Of a stretch of 64,000 nucleotides of DNA, positions 1 to 10,237 are shown in pieces; positions within the stretch are counted from its first letter, which is position 1, and each line of letters starts with the position of its first letter. The stretch comes from Gammaproteobacteria bacterium. GTDB taxonomy: Bacteria > Pseudomonadota > Gammaproteobacteria > Ga0077554 > Ga007554. A program made the position numbers and the translations under genes. Below the pieces are notes generated by a model. It saw only the letters and a program-made list of their open reading frames with translations, was not told the DNA's origin and ran no database searches. Location of the stretch: the NCBI GenBank assembly GCA_021731145.1, contig JAKFXX010000005.1:18821-82820 (forward strand). The letters are read 5' to 3'.

Positions 1-308
1 TTTCCATATCGTGCAGACTCACTTACTACGCTATTTCCCCAACCACTGGCATCGCCAGCTACATTGCCAGGCAGCATAAAATGATTCATTCCACCTATTC
101 CAAAGACCGTATCCCTGATGCAGGCTGAGATACATGACCCAAGCACAGTAGCGATCATTTCATTGCGTGCCGTCACATAATATTCTCCAGGTAGAATTTT
201 GGCCCCGTAGGCGTTCCGGGTGGGATCCCAGTAGTGGTTGACGTGCTCAAAACCGGGCAACACGTCCGGAAAATCGTCCGAAACACCTTCAGCTTTACGG
301 ACTCTCAT
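1..308 (-). CDS. cheD: chemoreceptor glutamine deamidase CheD, N-terminal part (gene runs off the window start)
   Basis: Manual minus-strand translation from ATG at 306-308: [29 protein letters not shown]...[25 protein letters not shown]...[10 protein letters not shown], open to position 1. CheD-like motifs. Start is 7 nt downstream of the cheR stop. Not in the ORF track because the frame is open at the window edge. Confidence 0.6.
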   Translation of the reverse strand, partial: MRVRKAEGVSDDFPDVLPGFEHVNHYWDPTRNAYGAKILPGEYYVTARNEMIATVLGSCISACIRDTVFGIGGMNHFMLPGNVAGDASGWGNSVVSESARYG

Positions 309-315
309 ACCACCC

Positions 316-1178
316 CTACTTCACCCTTTTATATATTGTTTTTCCAAGCAGATCAAAGCGATCCGTCACCCTATGCAACGATTCGGAATGCCCTATAAAG
401 AGATGCCCTGCCATATCTATCAGGTCGGCAAACCGGTTAAAAATCTTCTTTTGCGTTTCCTTGTCAAAATAGATAACGACATTCCTGCAAAAAATGATGT
501 CCAGCGGCCCATGAACCGGCCATTTCTCCATGAGGTTCAACTGCTGAAATGAGATTATGTCTCGCAATTCGGACGAAACCCGCACCACTCCCGCGTTAGT
601 TCCCTTCCCTTTCATAAACCATCGTGTCAAATGGCTCTGCTGCATTCCCTTGATTCTATCTTCGTTATAGATGCCTTGCTTCGCAGTAGCGAGCACATTG
701 GAGTCAATGTCGGTAGCCAGTATCTTGACATCCCAGTCTCGCGGCACACTTTCCTTGAGGACCATCGCTATCGAATAAGGCTCCTCTCCCGTTGAACACC
801 CGGCAGACCATATACGCAGCCGCCGGGTATGGGCTTTTTTTTTAACAGTTCAGGAAGAACAACTTTTTTCATATGATCAAAATGATGCATCTCTCTGAAA
901 AAGGCCGTAAGATTAGTCGTAATGGCGTTAGTGAAATTTATCATCTCCCCTTCATCACCCTCTTGCAGCAATATGCAATAATCTTTAAAACTATCCAGCC
1001 CGACCTGCCTCAACCTCCTCGACAAGCGGCTGTATACCAGTTCCTTCTTGGATTCCGACAGTGTGATGCCCATCCGTTGGTAAGCCAGCTCACGGAGCCA
1101 GTTGAAATCCTTGTCGGTGAATACGAATTCCCGATCTTTTTCCATTCCACATGTTTCCATGTTTAAAACTCTTCCCAT
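316..1178 (-). pseudogene. cheR: CheR-family chemoreceptor methyltransferase (Che2 type) split by a 1-nt frameshift inside a T9 (coding-strand A9) homopolymer at 835-843
   Basis: ORF 768-1178 is the CheR N-terminal all-alpha domain (FVFTDKDFNWLRELAYQRMGITL...LVYSRLSRRLR). ORF 316-765 is the SAM-methyltransferase domain. Reading the C-terminal frame back across the A-run gives [31 protein letters not shown], the conserved CheR motif. An A10 tract would give one continuous ORF. Could equally be a homopolymer sequencing error. Confidence 0.65.
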
Positions 1179-4078
1179 TCGCCATCATCCTTGCTGGATT
1201 TGGGAGATGGGTTAGCCTTCGCACTGCTGCGCGAGGTACTGGAAAACTTCTCTCTCAATGATGGCGCCATTCCCTGCCTTCCAGAAGGGCTTTTATTGAC
1301 GCCGCCATTTCCACGCACTGCCGATGCGGCCTTGCCATTCACACTCCTACCCATACTTGCCGAACCTTGGCGGGAGGATTTTGCGGAAAGTCTGTCGATC
1401 TGCGAGACTCCCTGCCCCTCTTCATCAACTTTGAAAAATTCCATTAATTGCCCAAGACCCTGTGCCTGTTCATCCAGGGATTCACTGGCCGCCGCAGCTT
1501 CTTCCACTAAAGCGGCATTCTGTTGCGTCACCTCATCCATCTGCATGATTGCCTTATTGACTTGTTCAATACCGGCAGACTGCTCCTGGCTGGCCGACGC
1601 GATTTCGGCAATAATGTCGCTGACTTTTTTGACGGAACCGACGATCTCTTCCAGCGTCTTGCCAGAGGCATCAACCAAACGGCTTCCCTCCTCAACCTTC
1701 TCCACGCTGTCCTTGATAAGCGTCTTTATCTCCTTGGCCGCTGTCGCGCTACGTTGCGCCAGATTACGCACTTCGGCAGCCACAACTGCAAAACCGCGTC
1801 CTTGCTCTCCGGCACGCGCGGCTTCCACCGCAGCATTCAGCGCCAGAAGATTGGTCTGGAAAGCGATCTCATCAATAACTCCGATGATATCGGCGATTTT
1901 TTTGCTACTGCTATTAATAGCAGTCATTGCAATAATTGCATTACCAACAACCGATCCGCCTTTTTCAGCCTGTTCGCGGGCGCTGGCAGCCAGTTGATTG
2001 GCCTGCCTGGCGTTGTCCGCATTCTGTTTCACGGTGCTGGTCAACTCCTCCATGCTGGAAGCGGTCTCCTCTAGCGAAGATGCCTGCTCCTCAGTCCTCT
2101 GACTTAGATCCGTGTTCCCTTGTGATATTTCAGAAGCAGATGAGGTAATGCTGGATGCCGACTCTCGGATTTCCCCAACCATCTTGAGAAGATTTTCGAC
2201 GGAGGCATTCATATTATCTCTAAGAACGGCGAACTCTCCCTTGTAGTCACCCTCCATCTTTCGGGTAAGATCACCATCGGCCAATGTTGTTGCAATCTGA
2301 GTCGCTTCTTTAATGGGTGCAACAACCGAATCCACCATCTGGTTTATGCCTTCACCCAAATTCTTCATGAATCCTTCATACCTGGAGGTATCAATACGCT
2401 TGCTCAAGTCGCCATTAGCAGCGCCTTCAATTAAACCCTGAATTTGACGCTCGGCATCCATTTGTTCAGTTATGTCATCCCACTGAACCATATTCCCCAC
2501 CCAGTTGCCATACTGATCAACAATCGCCGTGGCATTTACGCTGAATTCAACATCCAGGAGTTTGATGTTAGCCTTCGCTGGCAATCTGCTCTTGTCGGCA
2601 AGCAGTGACCTTTGATGCGCAGGGTTTTTATGGAATTTATCAATACACAGCCCAACCAAATTTTTTGCATCAAAACCAGGGAATACATGCCGCAATTTAT
2701 CCTGACGCTTTTCCAGCAAAGAAACTACGGATGGATTCACATAGGTAATGACAAGATTACTATCACAAAGCATGATCGGCGATGTTGATCCGGAAATCGC
2801 TGACTCAAGACGGGCCACATCCGTCTCCTTTGCTCTCTGCTCTGTTACATCCTGCCATTCGAGACAGTTACCGATATAAGCGCCCTCTGAATCTTTAATC
2901 GCTGTAACATTGATGCGAAATATCAAAGGACCCACTTTGATATCCGTAGAATAAGGTAAATTCTTTGGATCCCCCAGCAGATTTCTCTGATGGGAGGGGT
3001 TTTTATGGAAAATATCGATGCAGGTTCCAACCACCTTCCCCACATCAAATGCAGGGTACAATGCCTTTAGCGCATCCGCGTTCTTTGTCAGAAGTTTCCT
3101 GGTGGCCTCATTGGCATACGTTATCACAAGGTCACGGTCGATCATCATGATAGCCGTCATTGCGCCCTCAACCGATGAATGCAGCCTGACCACCTCGTTT
3201 TCCTTTGATCGAAGAGAGGTTACATCGGACCATTCAAGACAATTCCCTATATAGTCGCCATGATCATCATTAATGGCCGTGACATTAATTCTGAACTTCA
3301 ATGGGCCGACTTGAATATCCGTTGAATAGGGAAGGTTTCTCGGGTCTCCAAGGATTCTTCTCTGATGAGAGGGGTTCTTATGGAAGATGTCTATACATGT
3401 CCCAATCAGATTGTCGACGCTGAATCCGGGGTACTGCCTTTTCAAGGTATCTTCATGCTCTCTTAAAAGGTTAACCGTTGATTGATTCGCATAGGTCACC
3501 ACCAGATCCCTGTCTATCATCATGATCGAAGTCATGGCTCCGTCCACAGCGGATTTCATTTTAATAGACTCCAAATCCTTCACGACAGGCGAGGATTTGA
3601 CATTTACCGCTTTCTTAACCTGTGCCATCTTTGTATTCTCCTTTGAGTAGGCCTTCAACATGATAGAAGCAACTGAATTTAACGCATTTGACCAAGCCGA
3701 ATGAACCTCATCTGTCCAAGTATTGCCAGCAAATTCCCGCATCACATCGAGCAATGTCACTGCAACAGCCTGGTAATATTCAGGCTCGGCGCCATAACCC
3801 TGGTGTCTTTTACCAAGAGCCGAAAGAATCCGTGTCATCTCCACGGGATTTCTCATATTTTTCACAACAAGACCAAGCGCGGAAAGCAATTTTTTCTGCT
3901 GATCCTTTATTGGAACACCTGAAAAAAGAGGCTTTACTACGGGGTATCGCCTAAACAATTCATCATAAAATCGTTTGGCAATAAGATCGCCTTTAGGGGA
4001 GAGCGCATTAAATGTTTTTTCAATCAATGCGACATCATTATTTTTACTTTCTTTCCTTGAAATAACAGACCTTACCAT
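1163..4078 (-). CDS. soluble methyl-accepting chemotaxis protein: N-terminal globin + three tandem PAS domains + MCP signalling domain, with C-terminal EWEEF pentapeptide (Aer2/McpB-like)
   Basis: 971-aa ORF with GGAG RBS. Residues ~15-145 look like a bacterial globin ([31 protein letters not shown]). Three ~110-aa PAS repeats each carry FHKNPxHQR. C-terminal methylation/signalling region: [45 protein letters not shown]. No hydrophobic TM stretch seen. Ends ...[11 protein letters not shown]. Confidence 0.85.
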   Translation of the reverse strand: MVRSVISRKESKNNDVALIEKTFNALSPKGDLIAKRFYDELFRRYPVVKPLFSGVPIKDQQKKLLSALGLVVKNMRNPVEMTRILSALGKRHQGYGAEPEYYQAVAVTLLDVMREFAGNTWTDEVHSAWSNALNSVASIMLKAYSKENTKMAQVKKAVNVKSSPVVKDLESIKMKSAVDGAMTSIMMIDRDLVVTYANQSTVNLLREHEDTLKRQYPGFSVDNLIGTCIDIFHKNPSHQRRILGDPRNLPYSTDIQVGPLKFRINVTAINDDHGDYIGNCLEWSDVTSLRSKENEVVRLHSSVEGAMTAIMMIDRDLVITYANEATRKLLTKNADALKALYPAFDVGKVVGTCIDIFHKNPSHQRNLLGDPKNLPYSTDIKVGPLIFRINVTAIKDSEGAYIGNCLEWQDVTEQRAKETDVARLESAISGSTSPIMLCDSNLVITYVNPSVVSLLEKRQDKLRHVFPGFDAKNLVGLCIDKFHKNPAHQRSLLADKSRLPAKANIKLLDVEFSVNATAIVDQYGNWVGNMVQWDDITEQMDAERQIQGLIEGAANGDLSKRIDTSRYEGFMKNLGEGINQMVDSVVAPIKEATQIATTLADGDLTRKMEGDYKGEFAVLRDNMNASVENLLKMVGEIRESASSITSSASEISQGNTDLSQRTEEQASSLEETASSMEELTSTVKQNADNARQANQLAASAREQAEKGGSVVGNAIIAMTAINSSSKKIADIIGVIDEIAFQTNLLALNAAVEAARAGEQGRGFAVVAAEVRNLAQRSATAAKEIKTLIKDSVEKVEEGSRLVDASGKTLEEIVGSVKKVSDIIAEIASASQEQSAGIEQVNKAIMQMDEVTQQNAALVEEAAAASESLDEQAQGLGQLMEFFKVDEEGQGVSQIDRLSAKSSRQGSASMGRSVNGKAASAVRGNGGVNKSPSGRQGMAPSLREKFSSTSRSSAKANPSPKSSKDDGEWEEF
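2468..3550 (-). repeat. three diverged tandem PAS-domain repeats (~375-nt period) inside the MCP gene
   Basis: Protein repeats: [22 protein letters not shown].../[22 protein letters not shown].../[22 protein letters not shown]... Each ends ...GNCLEW.DVT. Coordinates derived from residue positions 177-537. Confidence 0.6.
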
Positions 4079-4117
4079 GATATATTTTCTCCGAAACAGG
4101 AATTCTGGTATTGTTAA

Positions 4118-4285
4118 CTAACCGTTCCACGCCATAGATGAAAATATCTCATCAAGAAACTCATCATCATAAACAGATAATTCGTCACCTTTATCAACAG
4201 TTAAATGATCGGCATTATTTAAAATATCATTTATGTCATTTAGAGAAATTTCACGCGACAGGTCGGCGTGATCTTTAATAATCAT
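4118..4285 (-). CDS. hypothetical small acidic protein (55 aa) between the MCP gene and cheW; below the ORF-track size cutoff
   Basis: ATG at 4283-4285 with GAGG upstream. Translation: MIIKDHADLSREISLNDINDILNNADHLTVDKGDELSVYDDEFLDEIFSSMAWNG. No recognisable domain. AT-rich like the neighbouring che genes. Confidence 0.3.
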   Translation of the reverse strand: MIIKDHADLSREISLNDINDILNNADHLTVDKGDELSVYDDEFLDEIFSSMAWNG

Positions 4286-4304
4286 ATTGACAACCTCTCA
4301 ATAA

Positions 4305-4820
4305 CTAATGGATCTGACCATCATCGGACACCATCACTCCAGCGTTAAGGAGATGGTCAATATCAAGAATAATCACCATCTTCTCGGAAACTGCCGCCAG
4401 GCCTTTTATAAAATCGACACTAACAACCTTTCCGAAATCTGGCGGCTGCTTCATCTCATCCAGCGAGACGTTATACACATCCGACACGGCATCGACCACA
4501 ATACCCATGATGCGATTCCCGCCCCCTCCAACTACCTTTAGCACAATTACAACTGTGGTTGGACCATAAGAAATATTCTCCAGGCCAAAACGGCAACGCA
4601 GATCAATGATAGGTATAATCGTTCCACGCAGATTTATCACGCCTTGTATATACTCCGGGGTGTTAGGGATCGGCGTCACCTTGTTCCATCCCTTTATTTC
4701 CTGAACCCTTAGAATATCGACACCATATTCTTCGCCAGCAAGAATGAATGTAAGATATTGATTTGCACCAGAGTTTATTTCTGATTTCTCATCATTTGTT
4801 ATATTCTGCATTACGCTCAT
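4305..4820 (-). CDS. cheW: chemotaxis coupling protein CheW
   Basis: CheW-domain sequence (QYLTFILAGEEYGVDILRVQEIKGW...INLRGTIIPIIDLR...). Start moved from track position 4919 to MSVMQNITNDEKSE (codon index 34, GGAG 4-8 nt upstream) to remove overlap with cheA. Confidence 0.85.
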   Translation of the reverse strand: MSVMQNITNDEKSEINSGANQYLTFILAGEEYGVDILRVQEIKGWNKVTPIPNTPEYIQGVINLRGTIIPIIDLRCRFGLENISYGPTTVVIVLKVVGGGGNRIMGIVVDAVSDVYNVSLDEMKQPPDFGKVVSVDFIKGLAAVSEKMVIILDIDHLLNAGVMVSDDGQIH

Positions 4821-4833
4821 AACGAACTCCTTA

Positions 4834-6912
4834 TTAGGCCGCGCTCTTGACATGATCAAGAGCCACTCTATTATTTGATGGTGAATATTGGTGGGACAAT
4901 CTGATAAGACCGGAAACATCCATTATCAGAGCTACGGTCCCATCCCCGAGAATTGTCGCACCGGATACCCCGTCCATTCTTTTGAAGTTTGTTTCCAGAC
5001 TTTTAATTACAACCTGCTGCTGCCCCAATAAATCATCAACGAATATTCCAGCTCTCTTTCCGTCGCCTTCTACGACGACAAGAAGTCCACCTGACAATTT
5101 TTTGTTTTTTGGAATGATATTGAATACTTCGTGAAGCCTGACGATAGGTATATATTCATTCCTAAGCTTGTAGACCTCAGCTCTTCCGGCAATGATATTT
5201 ACATTTTCTTCGTCAATCTGAAGCGACTCTATGATTGATACCAATGGGGTTATATATGTCTCATCACCAACACTGACAAGCTGCCCATCAAGTATTGCCA
5301 GCGTTAAAGGAAGGCGTACTGTAAAAGTCGTTCCTTTACCTTCAAAGGATGACACTTCTATTTTACCGCCAAGATCATTAATATTTCTTCGTACAACATC
5401 CATCCCAACACCACGACCGGAAACATCGCTGACTATTTCTGCGGTTGAAAATCCTGGCAAGAATATTAAATCGTTAATTTGTTCTTCGGACAGGGATTCA
5501 TCATCTTTGATGAGTCCTCGATCTTTTGCCTTTTTCGTAATTTTTTCCTTATTAAGGCCTCCCCCATCGTCTCGTATTTCTATAATAATGTTTCCACCCT
5601 TATGATAGGCATTAAGATGGAGTAACCCGGTTGATGGCTTACCTGCCGCCTTTCTATCGTGCGGCAGCTCAATTCCATGATCAATGGAGTTGCGCACCAA
5701 ATGTACAAGAGGGTCTCCTATCTTTTCCATTACCGTCTTGTCCATCTCCGTGCTTTCTCCAGACATCTTTAACTCTATTTCTTTACCAAGCTTCTTGCTA
5801 AGGTCATGAACCATGCGAGGGAAACGATTAAATGCAAAACTGATGGGCAACATGCGAATACGCATAACGCTTTCCTGGAGCTCTCTTGTATTACGCTCCA
5901 GTTGTGACAGCCCATCTCGCAACTTCATTATCTGGCTGTTATCAAAATCCTTTCCTAACTGGGCCAGCATGGATTGAATGATGACCAGCTCTCCGACCAT
6001 GTTGATAAGGTCATCAACCTTATCTATACTTACTCTAATAGAGCTATTTTCCACCGAACTTGAAGACACCCTCCTATCGGAAGAAAGCCTTTTTTCTTCA
6101 ATTTTAGGAAGATCATGAGAATGATCGTCTTTATTTTTTATGCCATCATAATGATCAGGATTATCATCATTACTTGCTATTAATTCTTTGTCTGATTCAT
6201 TTAATATTTGTGTTATTTTTAAATCACATTCGCCATCAACCCAATCGAATATTTCTGATATTTTTTCACTTGAAACATCTGTTTTTATAGATATTTTCCA
6301 TGAAAAATAGCACTCTTCTGGATTCATATCATTGAACCCTGTCATCTTTGAAGAGTCTACTTTTACTGACATATCGCCTAAAGAACTTAGCTCCCCGAAC
6401 ATCCTCACAGGGTCGTTCCCTGTTATGAGCATATTCACATACGGAATGAATTCTATATCCCATCCTTTACCGTGTTCTTTTTCTACTTTGGAATGTTGAT
6501 CAACGCATGTCCCGCCTTCTTTTTTATCAGAAAGGAGATTTTCTAGTTTTTTTTGCATATCAACCACTCTGGGAGCATCCACAGGAGATCCATCACGCGC
6601 CGATATAAGCAGGTCACGCAGACAATCCACTGACAGCAATAACAGGTTAACAGCCTCTTCGGTTACCTTTCTGCGTTGATCACGCATCTCATCAAGCAAT
6701 GTTTCCATTACATGAGTAAAACCTGCCACACTGGAGAATCCAAAGGTTGCCGCCCCTCCTTTTATGGAGTGCGCCGCGCGAAATATGGCATTCACCACAT
6801 CGACATCCGCCGTGCCAACATCAAGATTAAGGAGGCCTGACTCCATAACCCCAAGTCCTTCGAAGCTTTCTTCAAAGAACGTCTGGTGAAATTGAGACAT
6901 ATCTATCGACAT
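4834..6912 (-). CDS. cheA: chemotaxis histidine kinase CheA
   Basis: HPt domain (AAHSIKGGAATFGF), long acidic linker, dimerisation/HATPase region (GRGVGMDVV...GKGTTFTVRLPLTLAI), CheW-like C-terminal domain. Start set at MSIDMSQFHQTFFEE, 5 nt after the cheY stop. Confidence 0.9.
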   Translation of the reverse strand: MSIDMSQFHQTFFEESFEGLGVMESGLLNLDVGTADVDVVNAIFRAAHSIKGGAATFGFSSVAGFTHVMETLLDEMRDQRRKVTEEAVNLLLLSVDCLRDLLISARDGSPVDAPRVVDMQKKLENLLSDKKEGGTCVDQHSKVEKEHGKGWDIEFIPYVNMLITGNDPVRMFGELSSLGDMSVKVDSSKMTGFNDMNPEECYFSWKISIKTDVSSEKISEIFDWVDGECDLKITQILNESDKELIASNDDNPDHYDGIKNKDDHSHDLPKIEEKRLSSDRRVSSSSVENSSIRVSIDKVDDLINMVGELVIIQSMLAQLGKDFDNSQIMKLRDGLSQLERNTRELQESVMRIRMLPISFAFNRFPRMVHDLSKKLGKEIELKMSGESTEMDKTVMEKIGDPLVHLVRNSIDHGIELPHDRKAAGKPSTGLLHLNAYHKGGNIIIEIRDDGGGLNKEKITKKAKDRGLIKDDESLSEEQINDLIFLPGFSTAEIVSDVSGRGVGMDVVRRNINDLGGKIEVSSFEGKGTTFTVRLPLTLAILDGQLVSVGDETYITPLVSIIESLQIDEENVNIIAGRAEVYKLRNEYIPIVRLHEVFNIIPKNKKLSGGLLVVVEGDGKRAGIFVDDLLGQQQVVIKSLETNFKRMDGVSGATILGDGTVALIMDVSGLIRLSHQYSPSNNRVALDHVKSAA

Positions 6913-6916
6913 TGTT

Positions 6917-7279
6917 TTATCCCAATACTTTCTTGATGGTGGCAATAAGCTGCTCTGGATTAAACGGCTTCACCAGCCACCCAGTGGCCCCTGCCGCTTT
7001 GCCTTCATTCTTTTTATTATCAGCCGACTCTGTGGTCAGCATCAGCATTGGAGTGAATTTGTAGCTGGGAAGGGCTCTTAATTGGCGAATCAAGGTTATC
7101 CCATCCATATTCGGCATATTCACATCCGTCAAGACAAGATTCACCTTTTCTGTTTGTGCTTTTTTCAAGGCATCTTGCCCATCAACCGCTTCTACAACAT
7201 CAAATCCTGCCCCTTTAAGAGTGAAGGACACCATTTGACGCATGGATGCGGAATCATCAACCGCCAGTATCTTTGCCAT
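6917..7279 (-). CDS. cheY: chemotaxis response regulator CheY
   Basis: Single receiver domain (KILAVDDSASMRQMV...LVLTDVNMPNMDGI...KPF). Start set at MAKILAVDD. Confidence 0.85.
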   Translation of the reverse strand: MAKILAVDDSASMRQMVSFTLKGAGFDVVEAVDGQDALKKAQTEKVNLVLTDVNMPNMDGITLIRQLRALPSYKFTPMLMLTTESADNKKNEGKAAGATGWLVKPFNPEQLIATIKKVLG

Positions 7280-7324
7280 TTCTATTTCCCCGACCAACAA
7301 GAACTTACCATCTGAAATCCATAA

Positions 7325-7633
7325 TTATTTCAGCCTAAGTGCCTCATCAACTCCAATTAATCGTGCTGACAAACGCAGCTTCTCAGATGGATTATCCCAA
7401 GACACATCTACTCCTTTAAGGGATGCCTCCAAAAAGAATGAATACAGAACCTGCAATATTGCAGTATCTGCCCTCTCAACATTATTAGCTTCAATCATGA
7501 TTGGAGCGTTAATTTCCAATGATTTTTTTAATTTTTTATAGAATTCACTTGCGATTGATATATCCATCACATCTTCGCAGGATATTTTTTCAATCGTTCC
7601 TGATTGGCTTTTAATCATGGATCCCTCCGTCAT
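7325..7633 (-). CDS. STAS-domain protein (anti-sigma-factor-antagonist fold) at the head of the che operon
   Basis: 102 aa. The pattern ...IEANNVERADTAILQVLYSFFLEASLKGVDVSWDNPSEKL is typical of SpoIIAA/STAS proteins. AT-rich like the che genes. Confidence 0.55.
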   Translation of the reverse strand: MTEGSMIKSQSGTIEKISCEDVMDISIASEFYKKLKKSLEINAPIMIEANNVERADTAILQVLYSFFLEASLKGVDVSWDNPSEKLRLSARLIGVDEALRLK

Positions 7634-7695
7634 TTAATATTTAAAATAATTACCTTACAAATCGTTAACATTTATTAAATAATCTTATGCTGTTA

Positions 7696-7722
7696 ATATC
7701 GGCATCCTTGACGGCAACCTTA
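7696..7722 (-). promoter_or_regulatory. putative sigma28 (FliA) promoter for the STAS-cheY-cheA-cheW-...-cheR-cheD operon
   Basis: Minus strand reads cTAAGg-N15-GCCGATAT against consensus TAAA-N15-GCCGATAA. Lies immediately after the fliJ stop. Confidence 0.4.
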
Positions 7723-8166
7723 GCTGTTTTTACTTTTTTCTTTGATCTGACAGGCTCTTTCGTCCTCCGCGCTCTGCTCTCGCCGTGTTGCGGCGCGCAT
7801 ATCGTCCTGATGATACCTTTCAACAATACCGTTTAGTGCCTTAACCCTGCCACGCACCTGATGCCAGATGCGCAACTTGTCTTCAAATTCACGTTGGCCA
7901 TTTTCAACCAGCTTTTCCTGATAGGTGATCGCGGCATTCAAGTTGGCAAGGAATACCCGGTATTCATTCAACTGGATTGCAGAAATTCCGTTTTTCCCCC
8001 ATGTGCTGAAACGCGCCGTGTATTCTTCGCGGTAGGCGTTAAGATCAACGAGCCTGGCCTGCCGTTCCACAAGCATGTGCTTGCTTTCCGCCAACGCTCT
8101 GGCAGCATCACGTTCTCTGGTTTCCGACACCTTAATGACTGGCTTCAGGCGTTGTGATTTGGTCAT
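7720..8166 (-). CDS. fliJ: flagellar export chaperone FliJ
   Basis: Coiled-coil ~148-aa protein directly downstream of fliI. Start set at MTKSQRLKPVIKV. Confidence 0.7.
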   Translation of the reverse strand: MTKSQRLKPVIKVSETRERDAARALAESKHMLVERQARLVDLNAYREEYTARFSTWGKNGISAIQLNEYRVFLANLNAAITYQEKLVENGQREFEDKLRIWHQVRGRVKALNGIVERYHQDDMRAATRREQSAEDERACQIKEKSKNS

Positions 8167-8182
8167 AAGCAATCCAACAGTG

Positions 8183-8217
8183 CAATGTTGGGTCCGCTTC
8201 GCTTGACCCAACCTACA
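8183..8217. repeat. REP-like palindromic element (family A: GTTGGGTCC...GACCCAACCTACA), single hairpin
   Basis: Sequence caatgttgggtccgcttcgcttgacccaacctaca has an 8-bp stem gttgggtc/gacccaac. The same core recurs at ~13339, ~30020-30110 and ~59895-60090. Confidence 0.5.
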
Positions 8218-8238
8218 TTTAGCTACATTTCACTTTAG

Positions 8239-9603
8239 TTACTGCGCCCTTATCAGCATATTCAGCTCATTGATACTCTCTGCCAATGGCACAGGCTGGT
8301 GCATACCCTGATGGAGAAAGTCCAGGAGGCGCGGATGGTAGTCGATAGCCTGATCAATATTGGCGTCATTGCCGCGACTGTAAGCACCTATGGATATCAG
8401 GTCGCGGTTTTGTTGGTATGCGGAATAGAGCTGCTTGAAACGGCGCGCCGAGTTTTGGTGGACCGAGTCTGTAACTTCCGTCATGACACGGCTGATGGAT
8501 GCTTCGATATCAATCGCCGGATAGTGGCCCGCTTCCGCCAACTGGCGGCTTAATACCACATGGCCGTCGAGTATGGCGCGCGCGGCGTCGGCGATGGGGT
8601 CTTGCTGATCATCGCCTTCGGCAAGCACGGTGTAGAATGCCGTGATGGAACCCCCGGTTTCGTCGCTATTCCCGGCACGCTCCACCAGTTGCGGAAGCTT
8701 GGCAAATACTGAGGGCGGATAACCTTTGGTCGCAGGGGGCTCGCCTATCGCGAGCGCAATCTCGCGCTGGGCCTGGGCAAAGCGCGTCAGAGAATCCATC
8801 AACAGCAACACTTGCTTGCCCTGGTCGCGGAAATACTCGGCAATGCTGGTCGCCAGCATTGCACCGTGCAGACGCATCATCGGCGTGTGATCGGCCGGAG
8901 AGGCAACCACCACCGACCGCGCCATGCCCTCGGCGCCGAGGATGTTTTCAATAAATTCCTTCACTTCTCGGCCACGCTCGCCGATCAGTCCGACGACGAT
9001 GACATCGGCATTGGTGAAGCGCGTCATCATGCCCAGCAAGACGCTTTTGCCTACACCACTGCCGGCGAACAGGCCCATGCGCTGGCCGCGCCCCACTGTC
9101 AGCAAGGCGTTTATGGCGCGCACACCGACATCCAGGGGTTCACGTATCGGGCGGCGTGCCAGCGGGTTTAGAGGGCGCCCGGATAGTGGGATGGTTGCCT
9201 CGGTGCGTAACGGACCGCCACCATCCAGTGGCCGGCCGCCACCGTCCAGCACGCGGCCCAGCAATGCGTCGCCCACCGCCACATCATAGGCGCGCCGTAC
9301 CGGGATAACCCGCGAGTTGGGCATCAAACCACGGATTTCCCCGGTGGGCATAAGAAAGGTTTTGTTTCCGGAAAAGCCTACCACTTCGGTTTCCACCCGT
9401 TCGCCGCCCGGGCCTATCACCAGGCAACGCTCGCCTATTGCCGCCTGGCATCCCACTGCCTCCAGCGTCAATCCGACCATGCGGGTCAGTTTTCCTTCCA
9501 CGATGAGCGGCGGTGGTGAGTCAAGACGTGCGCGATGCCATGCTAAACGTTCGCGCCACGCCGCGCCGCGCTGCGCATCAATGACCGGGGTTTTCGTGTC
9601 CAC
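8239..9603 (-). CDS. fliI: flagellum-specific ATP synthase FliI
   Basis: Walker [15 protein letters not shown]1/T3SS ATPase family. Confidence 0.9.
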   Translation of the reverse strand: MDTKTPVIDAQRGAAWRERLAWHRARLDSPPPLIVEGKLTRMVGLTLEAVGCQAAIGERCLVIGPGGERVETEVVGFSGNKTFLMPTGEIRGLMPNSRVIPVRRAYDVAVGDALLGRVLDGGGRPLDGGGPLRTEATIPLSGRPLNPLARRPIREPLDVGVRAINALLTVGRGQRMGLFAGSGVGKSVLLGMMTRFTNADVIVVGLIGERGREVKEFIENILGAEGMARSVVVASPADHTPMMRLHGAMLATSIAEYFRDQGKQVLLLMDSLTRFAQAQREIALAIGEPPATKGYPPSVFAKLPQLVERAGNSDETGGSITAFYTVLAEGDDQQDPIADAARAILDGHVVLSRQLAEAGHYPAIDIEASISRVMTEVTDSVHQNSARRFKQLYSAYQQNRDLISIGAYSRGNDANIDQAIDYHPRLLDFLHQGMHQPVPLAESINELNMLIRAQ

Positions 9604-10237
9604 GCGCGCCTCCCAGTATGGATGCGGCGATTGCCGCTATGCGGCTGTCGAGACTGGCGTCAATCTGCGAGGTATCGGTCACAATGCGGCAGCCGCCCCG
9701 CGTCAATACCGGGTCTTCGACAATCCTCCAGATTTTATCGCCTTCCGTCAGTGACAGAGCGGCACGCACCAGTGCTGCATCTTCGGGATGAAGGTGCAGG
9801 TGAATATTGCGTGAAGCCAGCGGCAAACTTGCAACTCCCTCACGCACCACTGCGACAATCTGGCCTGGGTCTGTTTTGATCTCGCGCCGCACAATCTGAC
9901 GCGCGATGGATATGGACAGGGACACCAGTTCCTTTTCAACATCCTCGTCGAGCTGCGCCAATGGCTCGACTAGCGTGCTCAGCAACTGCTCCAGACGTTG
10001 CGCCTGCGCCTGCATTTCCGCCAGTCCTGCGATATGCCCTTTTTCGCGTCCTTGCTGCAATCCCTGGGCATATCCCTCTTCATAGGCTTGTTTCTGGATC
10101 TGTTCGATTTGGTCGGCCGTTGGGAGTGGTTTCACGGGAGCTGGGAGCACGTCCGCTTGCATAAGCGGTGCTTCCCAGCGCTGATAGGCGCTCAGATCAT
10201 CACCCGTGATGATTCTATTGGGAATGATTTTAGACAA
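9578..10237 (-). CDS. fliH: flagellar assembly protein FliH
   Basis: FliH-like sequence in the position between fliG and fliI ([17 protein letters not shown]...). Confidence 0.75.
   Translation of the reverse strand: MSKIIPNRIITGDDLSAYQRWEAPLMQADVLPAPVKPLPTADQIEQIQKQAYEEGYAQGLQQGREKGHIAGLAEMQAQAQRLEQLLSTLVEPLAQLDEDVEKELVSLSISIARQIVRREIKTDPGQIVAVVREGVASLPLASRNIHLHLHPEDAALVRAALSLTEGDKIWRIVEDPVLTRGGCRIVTDTSQIDASLDSRIAAIAASILGGARGHENPGH

Noticed and set aside
316-1178. Possibility that the two CheR ORFs are genuinely separate genes (stand-alone N-terminal domain and methyltransferase domain)
   Set aside because: The junction falls inside the universally conserved [12 protein letters not shown] segment, which is recovered intact by a single-base correction in a 9-nt homopolymer. 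A frameshift is far more parsimonious.
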